Part shown: piece after piece, positions 1-8,785 of the stretch
How positions within the stretch are numbered: position 1 is the first letter of the stretch
Layout of the letters: the number at the start of each line of letters is the position of its first letter
From: an uncultured Eubacteriales bacterium
GTDB lineage: Bacteria > Bacillota > Clostridia > Christensenellales > UBA1242
NCBI GenBank assembly: GCA_949001935.1
Contig: CARJLX010000001.1
Location: 67,231 to 131,230 of the forward strand
DNA length: 64,000 nt
Direction of reading: 5' to 3'
Notes under the pieces: model-generated
Told to the model about the DNA's origin: nothing
Database searches by the model: none
Seen by the model: only the letters and a program-made list of their open reading frames with translations
Made by a program: the position numbers and the translations under genes

Positions 1-1
1 T

Positions 2-313
2 GGAAACCTTATGAGAAGTGCTGTTGAACTTGCAGAAACTTGGCGTGACGACAAGGCTGTTAGAAAATTAGAGGCACTTATGATTGTTGCTGATAAAAAT
101 CAACTTTTGATGGTTTCTGGAACTGGAGAGGTAATAGAGCCAGACGAAGATATCTGTGCAATAGGTTCTGGTGGAAACTATGCCTTTGCTGCTGCCAAAG
201 CATTAAAGCAAAATACAGACATGGAAGCCAAAGATATTGCCCAAAAAGCACTAAAAATAGCAAGCGAAATTTGTGTATTCACAAACGACCATATCATTGT
301 AGAGGAGGTTTAA
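2..313 (+). CDS. hslV: ATP-dependent protease subunit HslV (ClpQ), C-terminal part; 5' end outside the window
   Basis: The frame is open from the window edge. The translation contains ...[16 protein letters not shown]..., an HslV-like pattern, and hslU follows after a 1-nt gap. Confidence 0.85.
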   Translation, partial: GNLMRSAVELAETWRDDKAVRKLEALMIVADKNQLLMVSGTGEVIEPDEDICAIGSGGNYAFAAAKALKQNTDMEAKDIAQKALKIASEICVFTNDHIIVEEV

Positions 314-314
314 T

Positions 315-1610
315 ATGAATTATTCACCAAGACAGGTTGTTGACGAACTTGATAAATATATTGTTGGACAATCTAAGGCAAAGCGTGCTGTTGCTATTGC
401 CCTTAGAAATAGATATAGAAGAAGTCAACTTGCAAAAGAACTTAGAGAAGAAATTACTCCTAAAAATATTATTATGCGTGGGCCAACAGGCGTTGGTAAA
501 ACTGAAATTGCAAGACGCCTTGCAAAACTTGTTAAAGCACCTTTCATCAAAATTGAAGCTACAAAATATACAGAAGTTGGTTATGTTGGCAGAGATGTTG
601 AAAGCATGGTTAGAGATTTAGTAGAAGTTTCTGTTCGTCTTGTTAAGGACGAAAAGGCTCATGAAATGGAAGCGAAAGTAGCACCAACAGTTGAAAATCG
701 CATTGTTGACGCAATATGTGACACGCTTCGTGCCCAAGATCAACAAGTTGACCGAAATCAAATTGTAGAGGAATATCGTCAGGGTAAACTTGACAATATG
801 ACAATTGACATTATGGTTCAAGAAACTGCAAAGCCTATGCTTGCTATTGGTGGGCCAGGAATTGATTTAGGCTCTATGTTTGATGGCATCATGCCAGCCA
901 AACGCAAAAAGAGAAAAATGCCGGTTGCAAGAGCAAAAGAAGTTGTGACAGGTGAAGAATGCGAACGCATTATTGATAACGACAATGTTAATGCCGAAGC
1001 GATTCGCCGTGCAGAGGAAGAAGGAATTATTTTTATTGATGAAATTGACAAGATAATTGGCAAGGGTGGGACAAACAATTCTCAAGATGTATCAAGAGAA
1101 GGTGTACAAAGAGATATTTTGCCTATCGTTGAAGGTAGTACAGTTTCAACTAAGTATGGCAATGTAAAAACCGACTTTATTCTCTTTATTGCTTCAGGAG
1201 CCTTCCATGTTTCTAGAATTGAAGATATGATTCCAGAACTTCAAGGTCGTTTTCCAATTCGCGTGGATCTTGAAAATCTTACTAAGGAAGATTTTAAGAA
1301 GATTTTGGCTGAAACCAAAAATTCTCTTATCTTCCAGTATTCAAGTATTTTAAAGGTTGACAATATTGACCTTAAATTCACAGATGACGCTCTAGATGAA
1401 ATTGCTGAAATGGCGGTTGCTGAAAATGAGACTAGCGAAAATATAGGAGCAAGACGCTTGCATACAATTATGGAAATGCTTCTCGAAGATATTTCTTTCA
1501 ATGCATCAGGTGATCATCCAATGCTTGAAGTAAAGATTGACCGTGCTTATGTTCAAAACGCTTTCAAAGAAACTAAGAAGAAGTTTGATTTGAAAAAATA
1601 TGTTTTGTAG
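315..1610 (+). CDS. hslU: ATP-dependent protease ATPase subunit HslU
   Basis: 431 aa with Walker A GPTGVGKTEIARRLAK and Walker B IIFIDEIDK. It pairs with hslV in the classic arrangement. Confidence 0.95.
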   Translation: MNYSPRQVVDELDKYIVGQSKAKRAVAIALRNRYRRSQLAKELREEITPKNIIMRGPTGVGKTEIARRLAKLVKAPFIKIEATKYTEVGYVGRDVESMVRDLVEVSVRLVKDEKAHEMEAKVAPTVENRIVDAICDTLRAQDQQVDRNQIVEEYRQGKLDNMTIDIMVQETAKPMLAIGGPGIDLGSMFDGIMPAKRKKRKMPVARAKEVVTGEECERIIDNDNVNAEAIRRAEEEGIIFIDEIDKIIGKGGTNNSQDVSREGVQRDILPIVEGSTVSTKYGNVKTDFILFIASGAFHVSRIEDMIPELQGRFPIRVDLENLTKEDFKKILAETKNSLIFQYSSILKVDNIDLKFTDDALDEIAEMAVAENETSENIGARRLHTIMEMLLEDISFNASGDHPMLEVKIDRAYVQNAFKETKKKFDLKKYVL

Positions 1611-1620
1611 GAGAAAAACA

Positions 1621-2154
1621 ATGGACGAACTTATAGATATTTATGACGAAAATCAAAATTTTGTAAAAAAAGAAATAAAAAGCATTGCTCATAAACAAGG
1701 AGATTGGCATAAATCAATTCATGCTTACCTTATAAATGATAAAAATGAGATTGTAATTCAAAAAAGAAGTGCAGATAAAGATTTGTATCCTAATGTTTGG
1801 GATGTGTCGTTTGCAGGTCATGTTGGTGCAGGCGAAAGTACAAAAACAAGTGCCATAAGAGAGTGTCAAGAAGAGTTGGGAATAAATCTTGAAGAAAAAG
1901 AAATTGAATATCTTTTTACGATCCCAGAAAAATTGCAATGGGGGCAGGTGCAAAGCAATGAATTTGTTGATGTTTTCTTTTGTAAAAAGAATTTTGGCAA
2001 GATAACAAAACAAGATGAAGAAGTTGCTGATGTGAAAGTTGTTCCAGTCAAAGAATTTATTCAAATGGTTGAAAATAAAGATAAAAATTTATTTCCTCAC
2101 TATGATGAGTATGGAAAGTTGCTTCCAATTTTAAAAGAATATGTGCAGAAATAA
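1621..2154 (+). CDS. NUDIX hydrolase
   Basis: Contains the Nudix box GHVGAGESTKTSAIRECQEELGI. I moved the start to ATG 1621, behind AGGAG; the ORF track starts at 1600. Confidence 0.8.
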   Translation: MDELIDIYDENQNFVKKEIKSIAHKQGDWHKSIHAYLINDKNEIVIQKRSADKDLYPNVWDVSFAGHVGAGESTKTSAIRECQEELGINLEEKEIEYLFTIPEKLQWGQVQSNEFVDVFFCKKNFGKITKQDEEVADVKVVPVKEFIQMVENKDKNLFPHYDEYGKLLPILKEYVQK

Positions 2155-2163
2155 GGATTAAAT

Positions 2164-2859
2164 ATGGAAGATAAAACAATTTTTGACACCTCACGAACTG
2201 AACTTCTTATTGGCAAAGAAGGGATTGAAAAACTGAAAAATAAAAGTGTAATTCTTGTTGGTGTTGGCGGTGTTGGTGGCTATGTAGCAACCATGCTTGT
2301 AAGAGCTGGCGTTGGCAAAATTAAACTTGTCGATTTTGATAAGGTGAGTTCATCCAACATCAATCGTCAAGTTGTTGCAAATGTTGATACTATCGGCAAA
2401 AGTAAGGTGGAAGTTTTAAAAGAAATGCTTTTAAAAATCAACCCAGATTTGCAATGCGAAATTGAGGACGTTAAGTTGACAGCAGATAATGTTGAAAAAA
2501 TAATCACGCCTTGTCATATGTGCATTGATGCAATTGACAGTGTGGCAGATAAGGTTGCACTTATAATTTACTGCAAAAAGCACAATATAGATATAATTTC
2601 GGCTATGGGTGCGGGCAATAGGACAAGTATTCCGCGTTTTGTTTTGACCGACGTCTACAAAACGCATGATGACGGCTTGGCAAAAGTAATTCGAAAGAAG
2701 TTACGCGAGGCGGGAGTTGAAAGTTTAAGCGTTGTAACTTGCGAAGAAAAGGCACTTTCGACAGGTGAGCGAAATGTCGGAAGTATAAGTTATTATCCTG
2801 GCATGTGTGGAATAACTTTGGCGGCGGTTGTAATAAATAAATTTTTGGAGGAGGAATAA
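2164..2859 (+). CDS. tcdA: ThiF/MoeB-family E1-like enzyme, probably tRNA threonylcarbamoyladenosine dehydratase TcdA
   Basis: 231 aa with the Rossmann motif GVGGVGG and DFDKVSSSNINRQ. Its size and N-terminus fit TcdA-type proteins. Confidence 0.7.
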   Translation: MEDKTIFDTSRTELLIGKEGIEKLKNKSVILVGVGGVGGYVATMLVRAGVGKIKLVDFDKVSSSNINRQVVANVDTIGKSKVEVLKEMLLKINPDLQCEIEDVKLTADNVEKIITPCHMCIDAIDSVADKVALIIYCKKHNIDIISAMGAGNRTSIPRFVLTDVYKTHDDGLAKVIRKKLREAGVESLSVVTCEEKALSTGERNVGSISYYPGMCGITLAAVVINKFLEEE

Positions 2860-2861
2860 AA

Positions 2862-3170
2862 ATGGAAGTATTAAACTCAAAAAATTTTGAGGAGCAAACA
2901 AAGAAGGGCATTGTGGTTGTTGACTTTTTTGCAACTTGGTGTGGCCCTTGCAGAATGATGGCACCAGTCCTCGAAGAAGTTCAAGAAGAATTAGGTGACA
3001 AGGTTAAAATTTTTAAGGTTGATGTTGACGAAAGCGAAGCTTTAGCACGTAAGTTTGGCGTTATGATGATACCAACAATGGTTATCTTTGAAAATGGTGA
3101 AGTGCGCGACAAGCATATAGGGTTATGGCAAAAAGACGATATGCTCGACCAAATCAAATCTTATTTATAA
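2862..3170 (+). CDS. trxA: Thioredoxin
   Basis: 102 aa with the WCGPC active site. Confidence 0.93.
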   Translation: MEVLNSKNFEEQTKKGIVVVDFFATWCGPCRMMAPVLEEVQEELGDKVKIFKVDVDESEALARKFGVMMIPTMVIFENGEVRDKHIGLWQKDDMLDQIKSYL

Positions 3171-3185
3171 GCGTTGCACTACTAT

Positions 3186-3217
3186 AAAAAAAGAGATTGT
3201 TTAAATCTCTCTTTTTT
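3186..3217. terminator. Bidirectional intrinsic terminator between trxA and the convergent gene
   Basis: Hairpin AGAGATT-gtttaa-AATCTCT with an A-run on the left and a T-run on the right. Confidence 0.6.
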
Positions 3218-3632
3218 ATTCTAATTCTTCTGGATTTTCTATTCTAACTTTTTGGTAAATTTCTTTCATAACATAGTGTTCATCAATTTCTTTTGTGGCT
3301 TCTTTGATAAGATTTTTTCTCAAATCTTTAACATAAGGTAAACCTTCTCTATCAGCCATGTCTTTTCTAAGCCAACTTGTTGGGTAATCAGCAGTCTCGC
3401 CATCAGGGTGTAAAATTGTATAATCACTTATAAGTTTTAATTGACAACGCCACTTAATAATGCAGCCATATTCTTGCATATAGTCAAAATTTGAAGAATC
3501 TGCAAAGAAAATATCTGTCGGGATATCAGCATAAATATCTTCTAATTTAAGTTCAGGATAAGTTTCACGTAGTATTGTAAGAATATGTTCACGACTTTTG
3601 AAATATTTAAATCTTTTTTCGCTTTTTAACAT
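3216..3632 (-). CDS. Hypothetical protein (138 aa)
   Basis: Long ORF. The start is set at the ATG behind GGAGGAA (MLKSEKRF...). I recognised no family. Confidence 0.55.
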   Translation of the reverse strand: MLKSEKRFKYFKSREHILTILRETYPELKLEDIYADIPTDIFFADSSNFDYMQEYGCIIKWRCQLKLISDYTILHPDGETADYPTSWLRKDMADREGLPYVKDLRKNLIKEATKEIDEHYVMKEIYQKVRIENPEELE

Positions 3633-3778
3633 GGGTTCCTCCATTTTTATATATTTATTCTATCATAAGTTTAAGATTTGTCAATGCTCTTTTTATGAAA
3701 AATTGCTTAAAATTGCGTTTTTTAGTCAAAAATTAAAAGAAATGGCATAAATTTTGAAAATTTAGGGGCTTTTTACTA

Positions 3779-3807
3779 TTGACAATCAGTGTGCAAAGTG
3801 ATAAAAT
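3779..3807 (+). promoter_or_regulatory. Sigma-A-type promoter of the iscS-iscU operon
   Basis: TTGACA, a 17-nt spacer, then TAAAAT, located 24 nt upstream of the ATG. Confidence 0.5.
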
Positions 3808-3830
3808 ATTTAGCGTAAAAGGAAGGTATT

Positions 3831-5003
3831 ATGAGAAAAGTTTATCTTGATAATGCTGCTACAACATTTGTTTCTAGCGAGGTTTTGGCTGAAATGCTCC
3901 CTTGCTTTAACACAATTTATGGCAATGCAAATTCTCTTCACAGTTTTGGTCGCGAGGCTTCTAATATTGTTGACAGAGCAAGAGACAGAATTGCAACTGC
4001 TATTGGTGCAGCTAAATCTAACGAAATATATTTCACTTCTGGTGGTACAGAAGCTGATAACTGGGCAATCAAGGGCATTGCTCATGCCTATGCAAACAAA
4101 GGCAAACATATTATCACAAGTGCAATTGAGCATCATGCAGTTTTAGAGGCTTGTGCTCAACTTGAAAAGGAAGGTTATGAAGTGACTTATCTTCCTGTTG
4201 ACAAATTTGGTCTTGTTAGTTTGCCAGATCTTATTCATGAGATTAAAAAAGACACGACTTTGGTTTCAATTATGGCTGTTAACAACGAAGTTGGAACAAT
4301 TCAAAACATCAAAGCTATTGCTAAGATTTGTCACGAATATGGGGTTATCTTTCACACTGATGCTGTTCAAGGCTTAGGTTCTTTAAGATTAAATGTTCAA
4401 GACATGGAAATCGACGCAATGAGTATTTCGGGTCATAAAATTTATGGACCAAAAGGTGTTGGTGCTTTATATCTTAAGAATGGCATCCGCATTGAGCCTT
4501 TAATCGCAGGTGGGGCACAAGAGAGAAATAAGCGTGGGGGAACTTTGAATGTTCCTGCAATTGCTGGGTTTGGTAAGGCTGTTGAAATTGCCGTTAGAGA
4601 TTTGGCGATAAATCAACAAAAACTTAAAGCTGTTAGAGAATACTTTATTGCTAAAGTGACTGAGAGAATTCCATATATTCAAATCAATGGTCATCCTCAT
4701 CAAAAAATTCAAGGTACTGTGCACATTTCATTTGAAATGATAGAAGGTGAGTCAATCCTTATGCTCCTCGACCTTGAAGGCGTTGCAGTTTCTACTGCTT
4801 CTGCTTGCACATCAAATTCACTTCAACCATCACATGTTTTGAGAGCTATGGGTATCCCTGACGAAATCGCTCAAGGATCAATCCGCTTCTCATTCGGTAA
4901 AAATATATCTAAAGACGATGTTGACTATGTTGTTGATGTTCTTGAAAAAGCCGTTGAACAACTTAGGTCAATTTCACCTATCACTAAAGCAGGGAGGAAA
5001 TAA
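3831..5003 (+). CDS. iscS: Cysteine desulfurase (NifS/IscS type)
   Basis: 390 aa with PLP-lysine context SGHKIYGPKG and catalytic-Cys loop SASACTS. A U-type scaffold gene follows. Confidence 0.9.
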   Translation: MRKVYLDNAATTFVSSEVLAEMLPCFNTIYGNANSLHSFGREASNIVDRARDRIATAIGAAKSNEIYFTSGGTEADNWAIKGIAHAYANKGKHIITSAIEHHAVLEACAQLEKEGYEVTYLPVDKFGLVSLPDLIHEIKKDTTLVSIMAVNNEVGTIQNIKAIAKICHEYGVIFHTDAVQGLGSLRLNVQDMEIDAMSISGHKIYGPKGVGALYLKNGIRIEPLIAGGAQERNKRGGTLNVPAIAGFGKAVEIAVRDLAINQQKLKAVREYFIAKVTERIPYIQINGHPHQKIQGTVHISFEMIEGESILMLLDLEGVAVSTASACTSNSLQPSHVLRAMGIPDEIAQGSIRFSFGKNISKDDVDYVVDVLEKAVEQLRSISPITKAGRK

Positions 5004-5005
5004 TT

Positions 5006-5404
5006 ATGTATAACAAAACTGTTATTGAAAGATTCAAGAATCCTAAAAATGCTGGCGGACTTCGTGGTGCAAATGGAATAGGCAAGGTTGGCAATGCCGC
5101 CTGTGGAGATATTATGAAGATGTATCTTCTTGTTAATGATGAGGGCATTATTGAAGATGCTCGCTTCAAAACATTTGGTTGCTGTGCTGCAATTGCTTCA
5201 ACAGATGTTGCTTGTGACCTTGTTAAAGGCAAGACAATTGACGAAGCACTTAAAGTGACAAACAAACAAGTGTTTGACATCCTTGGCGACCTTCCAGCAC
5301 ACAAAATTCACTGTTCAGTTCTCGCTGAAGAGTCAATCCGTGCCGCAGTTGAAGATTATTACAAAAAGAAGGAAAAAGAATCTAAAAAATTAGCTAAAGA
5401 TTAA
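5006..5404 (+). CDS. iscU: Fe-S cluster assembly scaffold (IscU/NifU N-terminal type)
   Basis: 132 aa with GNAACGD, FGCCAAIAS and HCSVLA motifs carrying the three conserved Cys. Confidence 0.9.
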   Translation: MYNKTVIERFKNPKNAGGLRGANGIGKVGNAACGDIMKMYLLVNDEGIIEDARFKTFGCCAAIASTDVACDLVKGKTIDEALKVTNKQVFDILGDLPAHKIHCSVLAEESIRAAVEDYYKKKEKESKKLAKD

Positions 5405-5431
5405 AAAATCACCCGTAAGGGTGTTTTTTTA
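5404..5431 (+). terminator. Intrinsic terminator after iscU
   Basis: Hairpin CACCC-gtaa-GGGTG followed by T7. Confidence 0.75.
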
Positions 5432-5439
5432 TTTTGCCT

Positions 5440-6333
5440 TTAATTTTGTTGTGCGGATAAAGATTCCAGATAAGAGTAATCGTTATATTTTCCATCATGT
5501 TTTTCAATATAAGCTTCCATACCTTCTAATGAAAATTCCTGTTCTGGATCACGATATAGTGAGTAAAGCATTTTGATATCATTTGCTGATAATTGATGGA
5601 GAGATGTACCAAAAGGATGCTTTGAGTTCATAATTGAGTCTAAATAATTTTCTGTTTCTATTAAATATAAATCACCCAAACCAAGAGAATGACAAATTTC
5701 ATGCTTAAAAGTATAAAATAAAGTAGCAGTTCTTATTCCTTGAAGATGATTTTCATCATCCCAGACCCAAGGACCTAGATGAATTTCATCTTTTTCTAGT
5801 ACAAGTTCTTCATCTAAATAAATTACAGTATCATATATCTCTTTTCCTTCTATATTTTTACTTTTATCTAAAGAATAGTGATAGTTTTGTCCGAGACTAT
5901 AATGCTCATTATATGTAAGTTCTTCAACAGTTTTTGTATATATATCTATATTGTATGGGCTTATAAGATCAGATTCTGTAGGTGTATAGTTTAACTCAAA
6001 TTTATAGACGGGATTAATAAAGGTAAATATATCATTGAATTCATCAATACAATACTGCAAAATATGTTTTTGAGTTTTTGTTATTTGAAAATTTATATTA
6101 ATTTTTATTGTCTCTTTGTTGATAGGACAAGGCATACGAATGATATCATTATCTATCAAATAAAGATTGTCTTTATCCCCAAAACTTTTTAAAAGTTCAG
6201 CTTTAACAGTATTTTTATCATTGAGAGGGAAAGTTGTATAATTAATATTTTCTTCGCATCCAACCATTGTAAAAACACCTGAAAAAATTGCCCCTGCAAG
6301 AATGAATGCTTTTGCCTTTTTAATATTTTTCAT
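5440..6333 (-). CDS. Lipoprotein zinc metalloprotease (HEXXHXXGXXD, metzincin/snapalysin-like motif)
   Basis: Signal peptide with lipobox FTMVGC, plus the motif HEICHSLGLGD near the C-terminus. Confidence 0.65.
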   Translation of the reverse strand: MKNIKKAKAFILAGAIFSGVFTMVGCEENINYTTFPLNDKNTVKAELLKSFGDKDNLYLIDNDIIRMPCPINKETIKININFQITKTQKHILQYCIDEFNDIFTFINPVYKFELNYTPTESDLISPYNIDIYTKTVEELTYNEHYSLGQNYHYSLDKSKNIEGKEIYDTVIYLDEELVLEKDEIHLGPWVWDDENHLQGIRTATLFYTFKHEICHSLGLGDLYLIETENYLDSIMNSKHPFGTSLHQLSANDIKMLYSLYRDPEQEFSLEGMEAYIEKHDGKYNDYSYLESLSAQQN

Positions 6334-6467
6334 ATCTTAATTCGTCCTTCTAGTTTAATCAATATAATATCATTGAACTTTTCTATTGTCAATACTTTTT
6401 CTGAAAGATTTTTAAAAATGAATAAAATCACAAAATCCTCACACACTAGAAATAGGAAGGAGGAGAA

Positions 6468-6722
6468 ATGAAAGATTTATATATGCTTGCTGGTTTTGGC
6501 TTAGGCCTTATCACTGGTGCTATGCTTTACAAATACTCAAAAGACACTAAGAAAATGGTGGATAATGGTGAGAAAAACCTTATGAAAGAAGCTGAAAAGT
6601 TGGGTAATAAGGCTGAAAAGGGCGTTGAAAAGCTTGGCGATAAAGCCGAAAAGGGTATTCAAAAGGTAGAACAAGCCGTTAAAAAAGGCAACAAGGCTTT
6701 ACAAAAACAGATAAATAAGTAG
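6468..6722 (+). CDS. YtxH-like small membrane-anchored protein
   Basis: 84 aa with an N-terminal TM helix followed by repeated KAEKG(V/I)EKLG coiled segments. A strong RBS GGAAGGAGG precedes it. Confidence 0.5.
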   Translation: MKDLYMLAGFGLGLITGAMLYKYSKDTKKMVDNGEKNLMKEAEKLGNKAEKGVEKLGDKAEKGIQKVEQAVKKGNKALQKQINK

Positions 6723-6732
6723 ATTAAAATAT

Positions 6733-6796
6733 AAGATGTTTAATTCCTTGTTGGTTGCAAGCAAAGACTGCGAAATTAAACATCTTTATTTTTTAC
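6733..6796 (+). terminator. Long hairpin terminator
   Basis: AAGATGTTTAATT ... AATTAAACATCTT forms a 13-bp stem with a loop of about 28 nt, followed by a T-run. Confidence 0.5.
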
Positions 6797-6928
6797 TGAA
6801 TGAATGAGACTTTGCTACCTTTTGCAAAATTTGTCGAATGATGGCAAAAAATAAATTTAAGAAATTTGTCGAAACATGTCAACAAACGGCAAAAATGAGG
6901 ACTTTAAAATAAAAATATAGTCAAAATC

Positions 6929-6957
6929 TTGATTTATCTAAAATTTTGTGATATAAT
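6929..6957 (+). promoter_or_regulatory. Promoter of the SRP RNA gene
   Basis: TTGATT, a 17-nt spacer, then TATAAT with an upstream TG, ending about 7 nt before the RNA 5' stem. Confidence 0.6.
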
Positions 6958-6963
6958 AACAAA

Positions 6964-7232
6964 ACCGAGCTAGATGGGGAGTTAGCGGTGCCCTGTACCT
7001 GCAATCCGCTATAGCAGGGTTGACGATTTGTTTCGGTTTAAACTTTTTAAAAATGTGCGATTATTTTTAATGTTGAAGTCAAGGTCTTATGCAAGTAAAA
7101 TCTATGAACCAGGTCAGAGCCTGACGGCAGCATCCTTAAGTGGACACTTTACTGTGCCATAGGGAAGCTTTGGTGGAGTTAAAATTAGTCGAGGCAGTTG
7201 GGAAGTTTTTATCAACGCAAATTGCTCGGGCT
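6964..7232 (+). ncRNA. ffs: Signal recognition particle RNA, long Bacillus type with Alu domain (scRNA)
   Basis: GGGGAGTTAGCGGTGCCCTGTACCTGCAATCCGCTATAGCAGGG nearly matches the B. subtilis scRNA Alu-domain sequence as I remember it. The domain IV-like segment is ATGAACCAGGTCAG...GGCAGCA..TTAAGTG. The 5' CCGAGC pairs with the 3' GCTCGG, and the gene has its own promoter and terminator. Confidence 0.85.
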
Positions 7233-7241
7233 TGAAAATTT

Positions 7242-7267
7242 AAGGCAGTCATAAGACTGCCTTTTTG
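7242..7267 (+). terminator. Intrinsic terminator of ffs
   Basis: Hairpin AAGGCAGTC-ataa-GACTGCCTT followed by a T-run. Confidence 0.8.
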
Positions 7268-7340
7268 CAATTAAAAGTTGAACGATTGATTAAAGTAAGA
7301 AGATGATTTTTGCATATAATTAAAAAAATGGCATTGCCAC

Positions 7341-7559
7341 TTATTCAAAATCCGTATTCCCTAATAAATAATCAGCAGAAGTTTGTAAAATTTTACAAAG
7401 TTGAAGAATAGATTTAATATCTGGCTCTTTTAAACCACGCTCCCAAGCAGAAATATAGGCTTGCGTATAGCCCAACATTTTTGCTAAATCTTTTTGTAGG
7501 AGTTTGCTTTGTTGTCTTAATTCTCTTAACCTTTCTGAAAATGTGTTATTTGTATTCAT
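7341..7559 (-). CDS. XRE-family HTH protein, 72 aa (paralog 1 of 3)
   Basis: Cro/CI-type HTH pattern F.ERL.ELR....Q..LA..LG......S.WE.G...P; C-terminus is DYLLGNTDFE. Confidence 0.85.
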   Translation of the reverse strand: MNTNNTFSERLRELRQQSKLLQKDLAKMLGYTQAYISAWERGLKEPDIKSILQLCKILQTSADYLLGNTDFE

Positions 7560-7562
7560 ATT

Positions 7563-7781
7563 TTATTCAAAATTTGTTTTTCCTAATAAATAATCTAATG
7601 ATGTATCTAAAATATAACTAAGTTGTAATAAAACATCAAAAGATGGTTCTCTTGTACCAAGTTCCCAGCCAGAAACAGCGGCTTGTTTAAAACCTGTCAA
7701 TTTACCTAGTTGTGTTTGAGTTATCTTTTTTTCTTCCCTAAGTTCTTTTAGTCTTTCAGGAAATTTATTTTTGTATTTCAT
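7563..7781 (-). CDS. XRE-family HTH protein, 72 aa (paralog 2 of 3)
   Basis: Same length and architecture as 7341-7559, ending DYLLGKTNFE. Only 3 nt separate it from paralog 1. Confidence 0.85.
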   Translation of the reverse strand: MKYKNKFPERLKELREEKKITQTQLGKLTGFKQAAVSGWELGTREPSFDVLLQLSYILDTSLDYLLGKTNFE

Positions 7782-7836
7782 AAATTTATGATACTACAAT
7801 CTGTTATATTTAAACCAAGTAACGCAAATTGCGTTA

Positions 7837-8055
7837 TTATTCAAAATTTGTTCTACCAATTAAGTAATCCGAAGTTGTTTTAAGTATCTCACATAGTTTG
7901 ATAAGAGAATCTAAATTTGGCTGTCGAGTTCCACCTTCCCAACAGGCGATAGTGGACTGTTTACAATTCAAAAATTTTCCCAACTCTTTTTGTGTGAGGG
8001 GAATTTGATTTCTTAGTTCTTTCAATCGCTCTGGAAACTTGTTTAGTTTATTCAT
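7837..8055 (-). CDS. XRE-family HTH protein, 72 aa (paralog 3 of 3)
   Basis: I moved the start to ATG 8055 (ORF track 8130). This gives MNKLNKFPERLKELR... and the same 72-aa length as the paralogs, ending DYLIGRTNFE. Confidence 0.8.
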   Translation of the reverse strand: MNKLNKFPERLKELRNQIPLTQKELGKFLNCKQSTIACWEGGTRQPNLDSLIKLCEILKTTSDYLIGRTNFE

Positions 8056-8136
8056 AAAAAAAATATAATGCAAATTGTAGTAAGGATTACAACAATTGCA
8101 TTTTGCAATATTTTTATAAAAAGATTGCAAATTAGA

Positions 8137-8166
8137 TTGACATATTGCAATTTGTAGTAATATAAT
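8137..8166 (+). promoter_or_regulatory. Promoter of the 8173 gene with an operator-like repeat in the spacer
   Basis: TTGACA, an 18-nt spacer (TATTGCAATTTGTAGTAA), then TATAAT. The spacer contains one copy of TGCAA(A/T)TTGTAGTAA. Confidence 0.5.
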
Positions 8167-8172
8167 TAAATT

Positions 8173-8784
8173 ATGAAAAATTTAGAAGTATTTTGGATGG
8201 ATTTGAGTGAATTAAGAGAAAGAATTAAGTTAATTGGAATAGATGGGTATTGTAAATATTTTAATATTAGAAAAAAAGACCTTATAAAAGTTTTAAATGA
8301 AAATATGAATTTACCACTGAAGGTTTACATGCAAATCGCTTTAAGTATGCATAAGCAATTAAGCAGTTTTATTTTTGTTGATTGGGAGGGGATGAATTAT
8401 GATTTAAAGCATCCTCGTTTTAAAAGAACTGCACTTTCACAATTTCTTCAAGACTTTATGGAGGAAAATTTTTATACACAAGCAGAGTTGGCAAAAAAGA
8501 TTGGGATTAATTCAAAAGGTATGGCTTTTTTATTATTATCAGACGAAATGTCTTTGCCAGAGGGATTAGTTGAAAAAATTGCTAAAGCCACGCATGTGAC
8601 TTCAGCAGACATAATTTTTTTACTTAATAAAAGATATGACTATTATGATGAACAAGATTATGAAAGATTAAATAGTTTAATAAAGTGTGGTTTTAATGAA
8701 AGAGATTACGCTACATTAGATTATTTAATAAAAAATGGATGTTGTAATGAAGATTATCCTGTAAAAGGCATTTTTAAACATTAA
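8173..8784 (+). CDS. Hypothetical protein with two degenerate HTH-like segments
   Basis: 203 aa, including FYTQAELAKKIGINSKGMAFLL. The C-terminus repeats LIK(C/N)G..(E/N).DY. It is divergent from the XRE trio. Confidence 0.5.
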   Translation: MKNLEVFWMDLSELRERIKLIGIDGYCKYFNIRKKDLIKVLNENMNLPLKVYMQIALSMHKQLSSFIFVDWEGMNYDLKHPRFKRTALSQFLQDFMEENFYTQAELAKKIGINSKGMAFLLLSDEMSLPEGLVEKIAKATHVTSADIIFLLNKRYDYYDEQDYERLNSLIKCGFNERDYATLDYLIKNGCCNEDYPVKGIFKH

Positions 8785-8785
8785 G

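Noticed and set aside
6828-6900. Repeated AATTTGTCGAA...GGCAAAAAT motif upstream of ffs, with similar TTCGACAAA strings near 44441 and 60975, considered as a possible shared regulator site.
   Set aside because: The strings are short, AT-rich and lie in variable contexts, and some overlap TTGACA-like -35 boxes. The evidence is insufficient to call them a regulon motif.
6964-7232. I first considered tmRNA or RNase P RNA because of the GGGG start and the size.
   Set aside because: There is no tRNA-like 3' end (no T-arm, no ACCA context) and no tag reading frame. The sequence instead matches the Bacillus scRNA Alu domain and the SRP domain IV pattern.
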